Origin: Taibaiella sp.
Lineage (GTDB): Bacteria; Bacteroidota; Bacteroidia; Chitinophagales; Chitinophagaceae
Reading direction: 5' to 3'
NCBI GenBank assembly: GCA_041660405.1
Contig: JBAZWL010000019.1
Location: 9,792 to 73,791, forward strand
DNA length: 64,000 bases
How positions within the stretch are numbered: position 1 is the first letter of the stretch; every line of letters begins with the position of its first letter. The translations under genes and the position numbers were made by a program. Of the stretch, positions 47,212-57,582 are shown in pieces. The notes below the pieces were generated by a model. It did no database searches, had not been told where the DNA came from, and worked only from the letters and a program-made list of their open reading frames with translations.

Positions 47212-47470
47212 ATGCACCGAATAATATCTCTCCTGAAAATTTTGCTTTGCTCCCTTCTGATTTCTTGTAGTAAAGAAAGAAAAAGTGCCCACGATGTTGT
47301 GGTGAACTACTATAAAGAAGACAGTTTTAATGGTGCTGTTTTGATAGCGAAGAATGGCCATAAGATTTATGATACCTTGTTAGGCTATAGTGATTTTAGC
47401 CGTAAAAACTACATTGACGAAGCATACAGCTTTTTTTATAGCGTCACTGAGTAAGCCGGTTACAGCTGTA
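47212..47470 (+). pseudogene. Serine hydrolase (beta-lactamase-like) 5' remnant
   Basis: Lipoprotein signal, FNGAVLIAKNG; frameshift in the A-run near 47404, then AFFIASLSKPVTAV (SxxK); truncated. Confidence 0.75.
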
Positions 47471-47656
47471 AGCAGCTTACTATAAATAAGATAACCTTAG
47501 CCACCATTTTTGGCTGTATTGAAATATCACTTGGCAACTTGAAATCAACCTAAGATTTTGCCTTATTAAGAAGGACTTACTTTCTAATTCACCGACCTAT
47601 AGATGAATGCTTTGAACACCATCCTAAAAAGATGATCTGAATGTAGAAATACAATT

Positions 47657-48856
47657 TTATTTGAACTTTATGTTCAATGAAATGATATCCAAATTTAAAC
47701 TGGTACTGCGTGTATAATGGCCATAACGTAACTCTACCATATTAAAAGCAGCTATACCCAGCACCCCTTTTGGCGGAGCATACCGGATACCTGTACCAAA
47801 AAAGTTACTGTTGAATTTCGAAAGATCATAATTACTGATATAGTATTCGTCTTGCGCAGTATGTTCTTTATAAGGCGCAAAATACTTGCTCGCTGTTTGT
47901 GTATAGTAACGATAGAAAGGGCTTACTGATAAAAACGGGGTGATCTTTACCGGCAATTCAATGTCGGCCGTATGCGCTGTAACTCCCCAGTTATCCGTAT
48001 AAAACCGATAGTAGGCACGAACAATAAAGCGATCACCTATGAAATAATTAGCCCGGATACCCAACGGAACTTTCAACCTGTTATCCGGCATGTTTTCCTG
48101 ATGTACACTGCCATCTGCAAAGTAAACACGGTGGAAAGGCAGACTCAGGTACCCTTGCTGTTGTATGAGATCGGCAATGAACATTATCTGTAATCTCTGA
48201 TTAACGATCTGCAAGTAAGACAAGGAACCTGCAATGGTATTTCGTGCTGAAGTTTCATATTGTTCATCTTTTGACTGTCCGTTATAACCCGGGCGTAGTT
48301 CCACTGGCGTCACCAGTTTAACCTGGTCCAGATATACCTGGAGCTTTGCTGTAAATTCGCCGTTCCTGTTCTTTGTTTTTTGCGAAAAGAAGATATTACC
48401 ACCATATGATTTATAGTCATACTCGGTCGATAATGACAGGGCTGCACCTATAGTATAGCCTTTCTGTTCATTTTCCATGCTCCAACTCAAAGACGGATAA
48501 ATCCTTTTATCGCCATGAGAGGCAGAAGAGTTGGCTTGCAAGTCAATCATATCAGAAGATGCAGAGGTATAGTTATCGAGCCCTGCCTCAATTCCAAAAG
48601 TATGCTTGCGGAATTTTTTATCGTATTTGGATAGCGTTACATCAATGATATTGGCGATATCAGTTAATTTTTCCGATCCTATGCCACCTGTCACCGATGC
48701 ATTATTGCCATCCTGCTTATAGTAACTGGAAATAAAATCGACTTCTTCCACCTTAAGCTTACGGCTACGAAAACCGGTATCAACTTCACCTTTCTGTTGT
48801 GCTATACTATGCAGGAATGCCAGTATTCCTGCAGCACTTAAGAATATTCTTTTCAT
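47657..48856 (-). CDS. DUF3570 family outer-membrane beta-barrel-like protein
   Basis: SYY.QDG, D.YTSAS motif, EYDY.S, P.YRYY.QT; C-terminal IKFK; gene context. Confidence 0.75.
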   Translation of the reverse strand: MKRIFLSAAGILAFLHSIAQQKGEVDTGFRSRKLKVEEVDFISSYYKQDGNNASVTGGIGSEKLTDIANIIDVTLSKYDKKFRKHTFGIEAGLDNYTSASSDMIDLQANSSASHGDKRIYPSLSWSMENEQKGYTIGAALSLSTEYDYKSYGGNIFFSQKTKNRNGEFTAKLQVYLDQVKLVTPVELRPGYNGQSKDEQYETSARNTIAGSLSYLQIVNQRLQIMFIADLIQQQGYLSLPFHRVYFADGSVHQENMPDNRLKVPLGIRANYFIGDRFIVRAYYRFYTDNWGVTAHTADIELPVKITPFLSVSPFYRYYTQTASKYFAPYKEHTAQDEYYISNYDLSKFNSNFFGTGIRYAPPKGVLGIAAFNMVELRYGHYTRSTSLNLDIISLNIKFK

Positions 48857-48896
48857 TTCTTATTGATTACATTGAAAAAAGAGAAAAAGGTGTGCT

Positions 48897-49127
48897 TTAG
48901 TTACATCCGCAGCCACCGCCACTCTTACCCGAATTAGCACCCGAGGCACCTTCACGGTAGGACTGAAAACTCATTTCCGTTTTTTCTACTTTTCTATTGT
49001 TGAGCACCATTTCCGAATCATTCAACCGATTCTTTTGGTATTCCTTTACTGTGGTGCAGGAATTCAGCATCAAAAGTCCGCATCCAACCAGGATCACAGC
49101 TTTTATCGATGGATTCATTCTTTTCAT
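48897..49127 (-). CDS. DUF4266 lipoprotein
   Basis: NSC lipobox; YREGA.G...GGGCGCN C-terminus. Confidence 0.85.
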   Translation of the reverse strand: MKRMNPSIKAVILVGCGLLMLNSCTTVKEYQKNRLNDSEMVLNNRKVEKTEMSFQSYREGASGANSGKSGGGCGCN

Positions 49128-50077
49128 CTTAAGCGAATATTTTGAGACTTATATACTTTATTGTCATCGTCGATCACAATGCATTCCAGGTGCTTGACCT
49201 GGTTGATCAGGTCCACACCGGCTTTTACACCCATTATGGTTACAGGTGTCGCCATTGCATCGGCCAGTTCAGCATTGGGGCTGAAGATAGTTACACTCTT
49301 TATGCCGGTAACTGGGAGTCCTGTTTTAGGATTTATGGTATGTGAGTATTTTTTACCATTGATGGAGACAAATTTTTCATAGTTGCCTGATGTCGCAATA
49401 GCAATGTCCTGCACATCCATATGCGAAAAAGGAAACCTCTTATCATCCGGATGCACTATACCAATCTTCCAGGGATGATTGTCAGCCCTTAGCCCCCAGG
49501 TAATCAGATCGCCCGATGCATTTACAATACCACTGGCCACCCCTCCTGCCAGCATTATTGCTTTAGCTCTGTCGGCTGCATATCCTTTGCCTATCCCTCC
49601 AAATCCGATCCGCATACCTTTTTCCTTCAACATTACTGTTGTGTTTTCCTTATCCAGGATTATATTCCTGTAATCAATCAGCCTCACCAAGGCTTTTGCT
49701 GTATCGTTATCCGGGAGCTCCGTCATAGTTTGATCGAAGTTCCATAGCCGATTGTCAATTGAGCCATAAGTCAGATCAAATGCGCCATCCGTCAATTCGG
49801 ATATCTTAACCGATCGTATAATTAAATCAAATACTTCCTTGTCCACCTTTACCGGGGCAATTCCCGCCAACTTGTTAATCTGGTTGGTCTGGCTCTTATC
49901 GTCAAAAGTAGTAAGGAGCATTTCTATCCTTCTTATTTCCGTTATACCAAGTTGTATTTTGGATAGGGCCCATGTTTCATCTTTGGCCACAGCAGTAAGT
50001 TCGAAAGTATTGCCCATGAGCCTTTCCGTCACTTTATATTCCCGGAGACCGGGCTCACTATGGCTTATGGGTATCAT
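49124..50077 (-). CDS. apbE: FAD:protein FMN transferase
   Basis: LMG..F, GAFD.T, GGIGKGYA.D, ATSG.YE, H.I.PKTG.P, ADA.AT. Confidence 0.92.
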   Translation of the reverse strand: MIPISHSEPGLREYKVTERLMGNTFELTAVAKDETWALSKIQLGITEIRRIEMLLTTFDDKSQTNQINKLAGIAPVKVDKEVFDLIIRSVKISELTDGAFDLTYGSIDNRLWNFDQTMTELPDNDTAKALVRLIDYRNIILDKENTTVMLKEKGMRIGFGGIGKGYAADRAKAIMLAGGVASGIVNASGDLITWGLRADNHPWKIGIVHPDDKRFPFSHMDVQDIAIATSGNYEKFVSINGKKYSHTINPKTGLPVTGIKSVTIFSPNAELADAMATPVTIMGVKAGVDLINQVKHLECIVIDDDNKVYKSQNIRLR

Positions 50078-50504
50078 ATACCTGTTTGATTTCCTGAATA
50101 AAGCCTGAAGCATCTTCCTGAGGTAATCCACTCCAACTTTTCAACACATTACCATCCGCATCCAACAAAACCGTATAAGGGAAAACACCTTCCTTATTAT
50201 AGCGATCTGCCAATGCTTCATTGGCCTTTACCACGTCTTTACTCAACTGGTTTTTTTTATTGCGGGGAAAATCGGCGTTCACCAATTGCAACGTAGAATC
50301 TGAGAATGCCGTAAAAGTTTCGTTCTCCAAAATCCCCTTTCTCATCCTGATGCAAGGGCCACACCAATCAGACCCTGAGAAATTCAGTAAGACCAATTGA
50401 TGTTTCTGCCGGGCCTCCTGCCTGGCAATTTCAAAATTGGGCTGCCATTTGACAAATGACATCAGAAGAAGCCCAAGCCCTAATGCCGCGATATACCTGA
50501 TCAT
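50058..50504 (-). CDS. Exported thioredoxin-family protein
   Basis: Signal peptide; FSGSDWCGPC; FPYTV. Confidence 0.9.
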   Translation of the reverse strand: MIRYIAALGLGLLLMSFVKWQPNFEIARQEARQKHQLVLLNFSGSDWCGPCIRMRKGILENETFTAFSDSTLQLVNADFPRNKKNQLSKDVVKANEALADRYNKEGVFPYTVLLDADGNVLKSWSGLPQEDASGFIQEIKQVYDTHKP

Positions 50505-50703
50505 TGCTTCATTAATTTTTGTAAAGTTACGATGCCTTAAAATTTAAAAGATAGCATTAACCGATCAATAATATATAAGCCACTATAAATAAAATTGGAG
50601 GTTTCATTTCATAAGGGCTCTTCTTTTATAGAAAGTGTGGTGTGCAAGATCTTTCTATCTCTTTACTTATTGAGTAAATACAATTCTTGCTATCTTTGTA
50701 AAC

Positions 50704-51090
50704 GTGAAGAATTTGGTTTCCATATTTTTTCTGTCCCTCTATCTGATTTCAACAACGCAAATGTGCGAGTTGTTGAAGCTACCCATACTTATCCAGCATT
50801 ATACAGAGCATAAACAACAAAGCAGCTCTATTTCCTTTATTGATTTTTTGGATATACACTACATGCACGGTAGCCCAAAAGATGCAGATTACGACAGGGA
50901 TATGCAATTGCCATTTAAGAGTTGCACACATTCTTCGCTAACATTTGCAGCATTTATTATTCCGGCCCCCGAAACTTTTACCCTGCGAAGAATTGCGCAT
51001 AGTGCCAGGAAGCTAAAAACAATCCTATCTTCTTCAGATTATTCCTATAATTACCTCTCTTCTATCTGGCAACCGCCGAGAGCTTCCTAA
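50704..51090 (+). CDS. His-rich hypothetical protein upstream of czcA (possible leader peptide)
   Basis: GTG start 5 nt after TATCTTTG (50691-50698); signal-like N-terminus; HYTEH, HYMH, LPFK; C-terminal IWQPPR. Confidence 0.7.
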   Translation: MKNLVSIFFLSLYLISTTQMCELLKLPILIQHYTEHKQQSSSISFIDFLDIHYMHGSPKDADYDRDMQLPFKSCTHSSLTFAAFIIPAPETFTLRRIAHSARKLKTILSSSDYSYNYLSSIWQPPRAS

Positions 51091-51236
51091 TACTTGTTTT
51101 GCTATTTAATGAACTCATGCACATGTCATGTTCATGTTGGCATGCGTACGCATTGTTTTACATAGCGGTACTATATCTCTTTTATTAACCCTACTTTATA
51201 CAAAGTTCACTGTATAAATTAGCCAACGTTTTTATT

Positions 51237-54200
51237 ATGCTCACTAAAATTATTGAGTTGTCTATAAAGAACAAACTCATTATTGGTATTTTCATTATTG
51301 CCCTTATCGGTTACGGGATTTACCAGTTAAAACAACTGCCGATAGATGCGGTCCCCGACATCACAAACAACCAGGTGCAGGTAATAACCATGGCCCCTGC
51401 ATTAGGAGCCCCCGATGTGGAAAGGCTTATTACATTTCCTATAGAGCAAGCCAATAATAATATCCCGGGCTTAAAAGAACTACGCAGCTTTTCCCGTTTT
51501 GGCTTATCGGTGGTTACCATTGTGTTTGAAGATGCCACCGATATTTACTGGGCAAGACAGCAGGTATCTGAGCGTCTGCAGCAGGCCAAAGAAAATATCC
51601 CGCAAGGAGTGGGTCGTCCGGTATTAGCACCTGTAACAACGGGTTTGGGAGAAATTTATCAATATACTGTCCGTCCTAGAAAAGGATATGAGCACAAATA
51701 CAATGCAATGGATTTGCGAACCATTCAGGATTGGATTGTCCGCAGGCAATTGCTGGGCGTAAAAGGTGTAGCGGAAGTAAGCAGCTTCGGCGGCTTGCTT
51801 AAACAATATGAAATAGCTGTGAGCCCCCAGAAGCTTATGGCAAACAACGTTACTATCAGTGATGTATTTGTTTCACTTGAAAAGAACAACCAAAACACCG
51901 GTGGGGCTTATATTGAGAAAGGGCCAACTGCTTTATTCATCCGAAGTGAAGGGTTGGTGGATAGCATAGAAGATATAAAGAATATTGTCGTAAAAAATCT
52001 CGTTAATGGCACGCCGCTTTTTATTCGTGATGTGGCTGAAGTCAGGTTGGGTAACGCTACACGATACGGTGCTATGACATACAATGGGACAGAGCAGGTA
52101 TCAGGTGCAGTAGTGATGATGCTCAAAGGCGCTAATAGTAATGAAGTAATCAGCAATATTAAAGAACGCATCAGGCAGATTCAAACTACATTGCCTGAAG
52201 GTGTAATAATAGATCCGTTCCTCGACCGGACTAAAATGGTAAACAATGCGATAGGCACTGTTGCCAAAAACCTGATGGAGGGCGCTTTGATCGTAATTTT
52301 TGTATTGGTCCTATTTTTAGGCAATGTCCGGGCAGGGTTATTGGTTGCCTCTGTTATTCCGTTGTCCATGCTGTTTGCAATTATTATGATGAACTTGTTT
52401 GGCGTAAGCGGCAACCTGATGAGTTTGGGCGCATTGGACTTTGGTTTGATTGTGGATGGCGCTGTAATTATTGTAGAAGCCGTTATGCACAAACTAAGCC
52501 ATAACAAACAGATTACAGGGAATAACCGGCTTACCCAACCAGACATGGATAATGAGGTAAAGAATGCTGCGACAAGAATGATGAACAGTGCCGTTTTTGG
52601 ACAAATCATTATCCTGATTGTTTACTTACCCATCTTTACTTTGCAGGGCATAGAAGGAAAGATGTTTAAACCCATGGCGCAAACGGTTGCATTTGCTTTG
52701 GCCGGTGCATTTATCCTTTCACTCACATACGTTCCTATGATGAGTGCTTTATTCCTCAGTAAAAAAACATCACACAAAAAAACATTTTCCGACAAAATGA
52801 TGCTACGTATGGAAACGTTTTATCAGCACAGCTTACAAAAAGCATTGGGTATTCCCAAAGCGATCGTTGTTACCGTACTGGCTCTGTTTGTTGTTGCAAT
52901 TGTTGTTTTGTCCCGATTGGGGGGCGAATTTATTCCTGCATTACCAGAAGGCGATTTTGCAGTAGATACCAGAGTATTGCCAGGCAGCAATCTCAATACT
53001 TCTATTGATGCCGTATCCAAAGCATCAAAAATCATCCTGGAAAAATTTCCTGAAGTGGAAAAAGTGGTTGCCAAAACAGGCAGTAGCGAAGTGCCTACCG
53101 ATCCTATGCCTATCGAGGCTTCCGATCTGATGATTATCCTCAAGAACCGGAGTCAATGGGTTTCGGCAAAGACCTATGATGAACTGGAGGCTAAAATGAG
53201 CAAGGAGCTGGAAGCAGTACCCGGTGTCACTTTCGGTTTTCAATATCCGGTTGCCATGCGGTTCAACGAATTGATTTCGGGAGCAAGACAAGATGTTGTT
53301 TGTAAAATATTCGGAGAAAACTTAGATACACTTGCCTTCTATGCCAACAAAATGGGCAATTTATGCAACACAATCCAGGGCAGCAGCGGCCTGTATGTAG
53401 AAGCCGCAACCGGAATGCCGCAAATTGTTATCCGCTACAACAGGGCCATCATTGCACAATACGGTTTAAACATCAGCGATATTAACCGTGTTGTCAGTAC
53501 CGCTTTCGCCGGAGAAAGCTGCGGAACCATTTATGAAGAAGAAAAAAGGTTTGACCTGGTTGTGCGGTTGGATAATGAAAAAAGAAAAAACATTTCCGAT
53601 GTCCAAAACCTTTTGATAGCAACGCCACATGGCACACAGATTCCACTAAATGCAGTAGCGAACATCAGCATTATAGAAGGGCCTAATCAGATTCAACGGG
53701 AAAATTCACAACGCAGAATTATTGTGGGTTTTAATGTTCGGGGCAGGGATGTCCAGAGTATGGTAAGGGAACTGCAAACTAAAGTAGCGCAACAAATAAA
53801 ATTGCCCCCTGGGTATTATATCACTTATGGTGGTGCTTTTGAGAACCTGGAAGCTGCCAAGAAGCGTTTATATCTCGCTGTCCCCGTTTCATTGTGCCTG
53901 ATTTTTCTGTTACTGTATTTTGCATTCCATTCTGTAAAGCAGGGACTGTTAATTTATTCCGCCATTCCGCTTTCCGCTATTGGCGGCATATTGGCATTGG
54001 CAATTCGCGGTATTCCGTTCAGCATCAGTGCAGGCGTTGGTTTTATTGCATTGTTCGGCGTGGCTGTACTTAATGGCATCGTACTGATCGCCGAGTTTAA
54101 CCGGCTGAGAGAAGAAGGCTTAACCGATTTAAGGCAAATCGTCATCCGGGGAACAAAAACCCGTTTACGCCCTGTGTTAATGACCGCATTTGTTGCATCG

Positions 54201-55589
54201 TTAGGATTTCTTCCAATGGCTATAAGTACGGGCGAAGGAGCCGAAGTCCAACGCCCACTGGCCACTGTGGTCATCGGCGGATTGTTGATTGCAACATTTC
54301 TTACACTATTTGTTTTACCAATTTTATACGTTATGGTTCAAAAAAGGTCTTCGATGAAGGGAACAGCAACCGGCACATTAACGGTGTCGCTGTTATTTAT
54401 AATCTTTTCATTTCAAGAAGCCACAGCGCAGACTCCTATTACATTACAGGCTGCCATCGATACTGCCTTAAAAAATAATCTTTCAGTAAAAAATGAAAAA
54501 TTGCGCACTGAATATCATCAGAAATTGATCCGGTCAGCTACTAGTATTCCTGCAACCAATTTGATTGGTGAGTATGGGCAAATCAATAGTTTTTACTCAG
54601 ACAAAAAAATAGGCCTGAGCCAAACCATCAGTTTTCCCAAAGTATATACAGCGCAGAAGTCCTTACTGACAGAAGAATGGAAAAGCAGTTTATTAAATGC
54701 GGAAATGCAAGAAACTCAACTGAAAAAACAGGTAACAAAAGCGTTTTTTAATATTATCTACCTGCAGCAAAAGCAACGGCTTTTACAAAAAAATGATAGC
54801 CTGTTTACAGAATTTTTAAGCAAGGCATCACTCCGTTTCAATAAAGGTGAAAGCAATGTGTTAGAAAAAGCAACAGCAGAAAATCAGCGTGGACAAATTG
54901 CGTTGCAGCTATCACAACTGCAGCAGGATAAAGCATTATTGCAATTACAATTTCAATTACTACTCAACAGCACATCCACATTTATTGCTGACGAAAGAGA
55001 TACAGTAGTCATTGAATTTGAAAACCTGACTGTTTTACCATTGGCCGACCATCCGGCTATGCGGCATATGAAGCAACAACGACAAATCGCGGCAGCCCTT
55101 ATGCAGGTCGAACATTCGAAATTGTTGCCCGATGTTACGATTGGGTACAATGTTATGAGCATGAAAGGAACAGGTGCGAACAATGAAGTGTATAACGGCG
55201 CACCACAATTTCAATCAGTACAGGTAGGTTTGGGCATCCCTATTTTTATGGGTGGGCAGAGAGCGAAGATAAATGCAGCCAGGATCAATCAAACTATCGC
55301 CGGCAATGAATACGAAATAGGCTTAAAAAACTTTGAAATGGTTTATCGGTCGGAGATCGCACAATACCAAAAATATGAAAAGGCTGTACAGTATTTTGAA
55401 ACAACAGCTTTAAAAAATGCAGAAACGATTACCATGACCGCAGACCAGCAATTTGTCAATGGAGCAATCAATTACCTGGAATGGGTATTGCTTGTGAACC
55501 AGGCGATCAGTATCCAAAGCGATTACATCGAAGCCCTCAGGAACAGGAACAATGCTATTGCCGAAATAAATTCATTTATCAACAAATAA
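51237..55589 (+). CDS. CusA/CzcA heavy-metal RND efflux pump fused to a TolC-like domain
   Basis: LPIDAVPDITNNQVQ, NLMSLGALDFG.IVDG, GVAVLNG, RLRPVLMT; ~400-aa helical OEP tail. Confidence 0.93.
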   Translation: MLTKIIELSIKNKLIIGIFIIALIGYGIYQLKQLPIDAVPDITNNQVQVITMAPALGAPDVERLITFPIEQANNNIPGLKELRSFSRFGLSVVTIVFEDATDIYWARQQVSERLQQAKENIPQGVGRPVLAPVTTGLGEIYQYTVRPRKGYEHKYNAMDLRTIQDWIVRRQLLGVKGVAEVSSFGGLLKQYEIAVSPQKLMANNVTISDVFVSLEKNNQNTGGAYIEKGPTALFIRSEGLVDSIEDIKNIVVKNLVNGTPLFIRDVAEVRLGNATRYGAMTYNGTEQVSGAVVMMLKGANSNEVISNIKERIRQIQTTLPEGVIIDPFLDRTKMVNNAIGTVAKNLMEGALIVIFVLVLFLGNVRAGLLVASVIPLSMLFAIIMMNLFGVSGNLMSLGALDFGLIVDGAVIIVEAVMHKLSHNKQITGNNRLTQPDMDNEVKNAATRMMNSAVFGQIIILIVYLPIFTLQGIEGKMFKPMAQTVAFALAGAFILSLTYVPMMSALFLSKKTSHKKTFSDKMMLRMETFYQHSLQKALGIPKAIVVTVLALFVVAIVVLSRLGGEFIPALPEGDFAVDTRVLPGSNLNTSIDAVSKASKIILEKFPEVEKVVAKTGSSEVPTDPMPIEASDLMIILKNRSQWVSAKTYDELEAKMSKELEAVPGVTFGFQYPVAMRFNELISGARQDVVCKIFGENLDTLAFYANKMGNLCNTIQGSSGLYVEAATGMPQIVIRYNRAIIAQYGLNISDINRVVSTAFAGESCGTIYEEEKRFDLVVRLDNEKRKNISDVQNLLIATPHGTQIPLNAVANISIIEGPNQIQRENSQRRIIVGFNVRGRDVQSMVRELQTKVAQQIKLPPGYYITYGGAFENLEAAKKRLYLAVPVSLCLIFLLLYFAFHSVKQGLLIYSAIPLSAIGGILALAIRGIPFSISAGVGFIALFGVAVLNGIVLIAEFNRLREEGLTDLRQIVIRGTKTRLRPVLMTAFVASLGFLPMAISTGEGAEVQRPLATVVIGGLLIATFLTLFVLPILYVMVQKRSSMKGTATGTLTVSLLFIIFSFQEATAQTPITLQAAIDTALKNNLSVKNEKLRTEYHQKLIRSATSIPATNLIGEYGQINSFYSDKKIGLSQTISFPKVYTAQKSLLTEEWKSSLLNAEMQETQLKKQVTKAFFNIIYLQQKQRLLQKNDSLFTEFLSKASLRFNKGESNVLEKATAENQRGQIALQLSQLQQDKALLQLQFQLLLNSTSTFIADERDTVVIEFENLTVLPLADHPAMRHMKQQRQIAAALMQVEHSKLLPDVTIGYNVMSMKGTGANNEVYNGAPQFQSVQVGLGIPIFMGGQRAKINAARINQTIAGNEYEIGLKNFEMVYRSEIAQYQKYEKAVQYFETTALKNAETITMTADQQFVNGAINYLEWVLLVNQAISIQSDYIEALRNRNNAIAEINSFINK

Positions 55590-55599
55590 CACAGCAGTA

Positions 55600-56733
55600 A
55601 TGAAGAAAATAATCATATTTGCAACTATCCTCCTGTTGTTGAATTCTTGCAAAAACCAAACGATCAAGCAGCAAAGAACGGCCACAGCCATCGACAGCAA
55701 TATAGTTATACTTACTGATGCCCAATATAAGAATGCCGGAATAATAACGGGTAAAGTACAACAACGACCCATATCCACCGTATTAAAATTGAATGGTAAA
55801 ATAGATGTGCCTCCTCAAAATACAGTGTCGATAAGTGTACCGTTGGGTGGATATCTGAAATCCACCAAATTATTACCAGGTATGCACATCGGCAAAGGCG
55901 AAGTATTAGCAGTGATAGAAGACCCACAGTATATACAATTGCAACAGGATTATCTCACCGCCAAAGCCGATTTTACATTTGACGAAAGTGAGTATAACCG
56001 GCAGCGGGAATTAAATGCGAATAAAGCTTCCAGCGATAAAGTTTTTGAACAAACCAAAGCTGCTTATCAAAAGCAGTATATCCTGATAAAATCATTGGAG
56101 CAGAAACTGAAACTTATCGGATTAAATCCCGAAAAAATAACCCCCGCGAATATTTCCAAAAGTATCAATATTTATTCTCCTATTACGGGTTTTGTTTCAG
56201 CAGTAAATGCGAATATTGGCAAGTATATAACCCCAAGCGATGTTTTATTCGAATTGGTGAATCCCAGTGATATTCATTTATCATTAACAGTCTTTGAAAA
56301 AGATGTAAACAATCTCGCAATCGGTCAGAAAATATCAGCTTACAGCAACGCGAACCCGGAAAAAAAATATCCCTGCAGTATTATTTTGATCAGCAAAAGC
56401 CTTTCCAACGAAAATGCCACTCAGGTACACTGTCATTTTGAGCAATACGATAAAAGTTTATTGCCGGGGATGTATATGAATGCAGATGTTGAAATATCAG
56501 GAAACAATGTCACTGCATTGCCCGAGGACGCCATTGTTCAATTTGAAAACAAGCAGTATATTTTTATTGACAAAGGCAACAGCCATTTTGAAATGAAAGC
56601 GGTGCAATCTGGAAATTCCGAAAACGGATATACCGAAATTATTGACACCGGTGAATTAGCCAGACAAACTATTGTCATTAAAGGGACATATAATCTGTTA
56701 ATGGCGCTTAAGAATGCGGGAAAGGAGGAATAA
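55600..56733 (+). CDS. RND periplasmic adaptor (CzcB/CusB-like lipoprotein)
   Basis: NSC lipobox; SPITGFV, LLPGMY. Confidence 0.9.
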   Translation: MKKIIIFATILLLLNSCKNQTIKQQRTATAIDSNIVILTDAQYKNAGIITGKVQQRPISTVLKLNGKIDVPPQNTVSISVPLGGYLKSTKLLPGMHIGKGEVLAVIEDPQYIQLQQDYLTAKADFTFDESEYNRQRELNANKASSDKVFEQTKAAYQKQYILIKSLEQKLKLIGLNPEKITPANISKSINIYSPITGFVSAVNANIGKYITPSDVLFELVNPSDIHLSLTVFEKDVNNLAIGQKISAYSNANPEKKYPCSIILISKSLSNENATQVHCHFEQYDKSLLPGMYMNADVEISGNNVTALPEDAIVQFENKQYIFIDKGNSHFEMKAVQSGNSENGYTEIIDTGELARQTIVIKGTYNLLMALKNAGKEE

Positions 56734-56753
56734 GCGTTGTGAGGTAAACCGGC

Positions 56754-56787
56754 AAAAAAGTGGTAGTTGATGAACTGCCACTTTTTT
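56754..56787 (+). terminator. Intrinsic terminator
   Basis: AAAAAAGTGGTAGTT...AACTGCCACTTTTTT. Confidence 0.8.
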
Positions 56788-56889
56788 GTAAATCATATCG
56801 GAGATAATACTTGAATGCTTCGGAATCGTGGAATCGGGAACTTATTGATAAATTAGGGTGTATATTTAAATAAACAAAAACCTCTCCTT

Positions 56890-57582
56890 ATGCTCTTGGA
56901 AAAACATTACATCACCAGAATCGGTTGGTTGCGTGCGGCCGTTTTGGGAGCCAATGACGGAATTTTATCTACAACAAGCCTAACCATCGGCGTTGCTGCT
57001 GCAAGCCCTACACGTTATGCCATTATCCTTGCTTCCTTGGCTGGATTAGTTGCAGGGGCCCTATCAATGGCGGCAGGAGAATACGTTTCTGTAAGCTCCC
57101 AATCCGATACAGAAAAAGCGGACTTAAACAGGGAACGACAGGAGCTTACCGACGACCCTGACGGCGAACTACAGGAACTGGCAGACAGTTACGAAAAGCG
57201 TGGTGTGCACCCGCAAACTGCACTTCTTGTAGCTGCACAATTGATGGAAAGGAATGCTTTGGAGGCCCATGCAAAAGATGAACTTGGCATTAACGAAATA
57301 ACCCAGGCAAAACCGTTACAAGCTGCTTTAGCTTCCGCAGCTTCTTTTATTGCTGGAGCCATACTTCCTGTTATCGTAGCTATATTTGCCCCGATGCGAT
57401 CCTTATTATTATGGGAGTACGGCGCCTCTATTGTCTTTCTTGCCATATTGGGAAACCTGTCAGCACGGATGGGCGGAGCATCAAAAAACAAAGCAATGAT
57501 CAGAGTAGTACTCGGTGGTACGCTGGCAATGGCAATATCTGCATTGGTTGGCTATATCTTCGGAAGTAATCATCCTGTTTAG
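56890..57582 (+). CDS. VIT1/CCC1 family Fe/Mn transporter
   Basis: WLRAAVLGANDG, SMAAGEYVSVSSQ. Confidence 0.93.
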   Translation: MLLEKHYITRIGWLRAAVLGANDGILSTTSLTIGVAAASPTRYAIILASLAGLVAGALSMAAGEYVSVSSQSDTEKADLNRERQELTDDPDGELQELADSYEKRGVHPQTALLVAAQLMERNALEAHAKDELGINEITQAKPLQAALASAASFIAGAILPVIVAIFAPMRSLLLWEYGASIVFLAILGNLSARMGGASKNKAMIRVVLGGTLAMAISALVGYIFGSNHPV

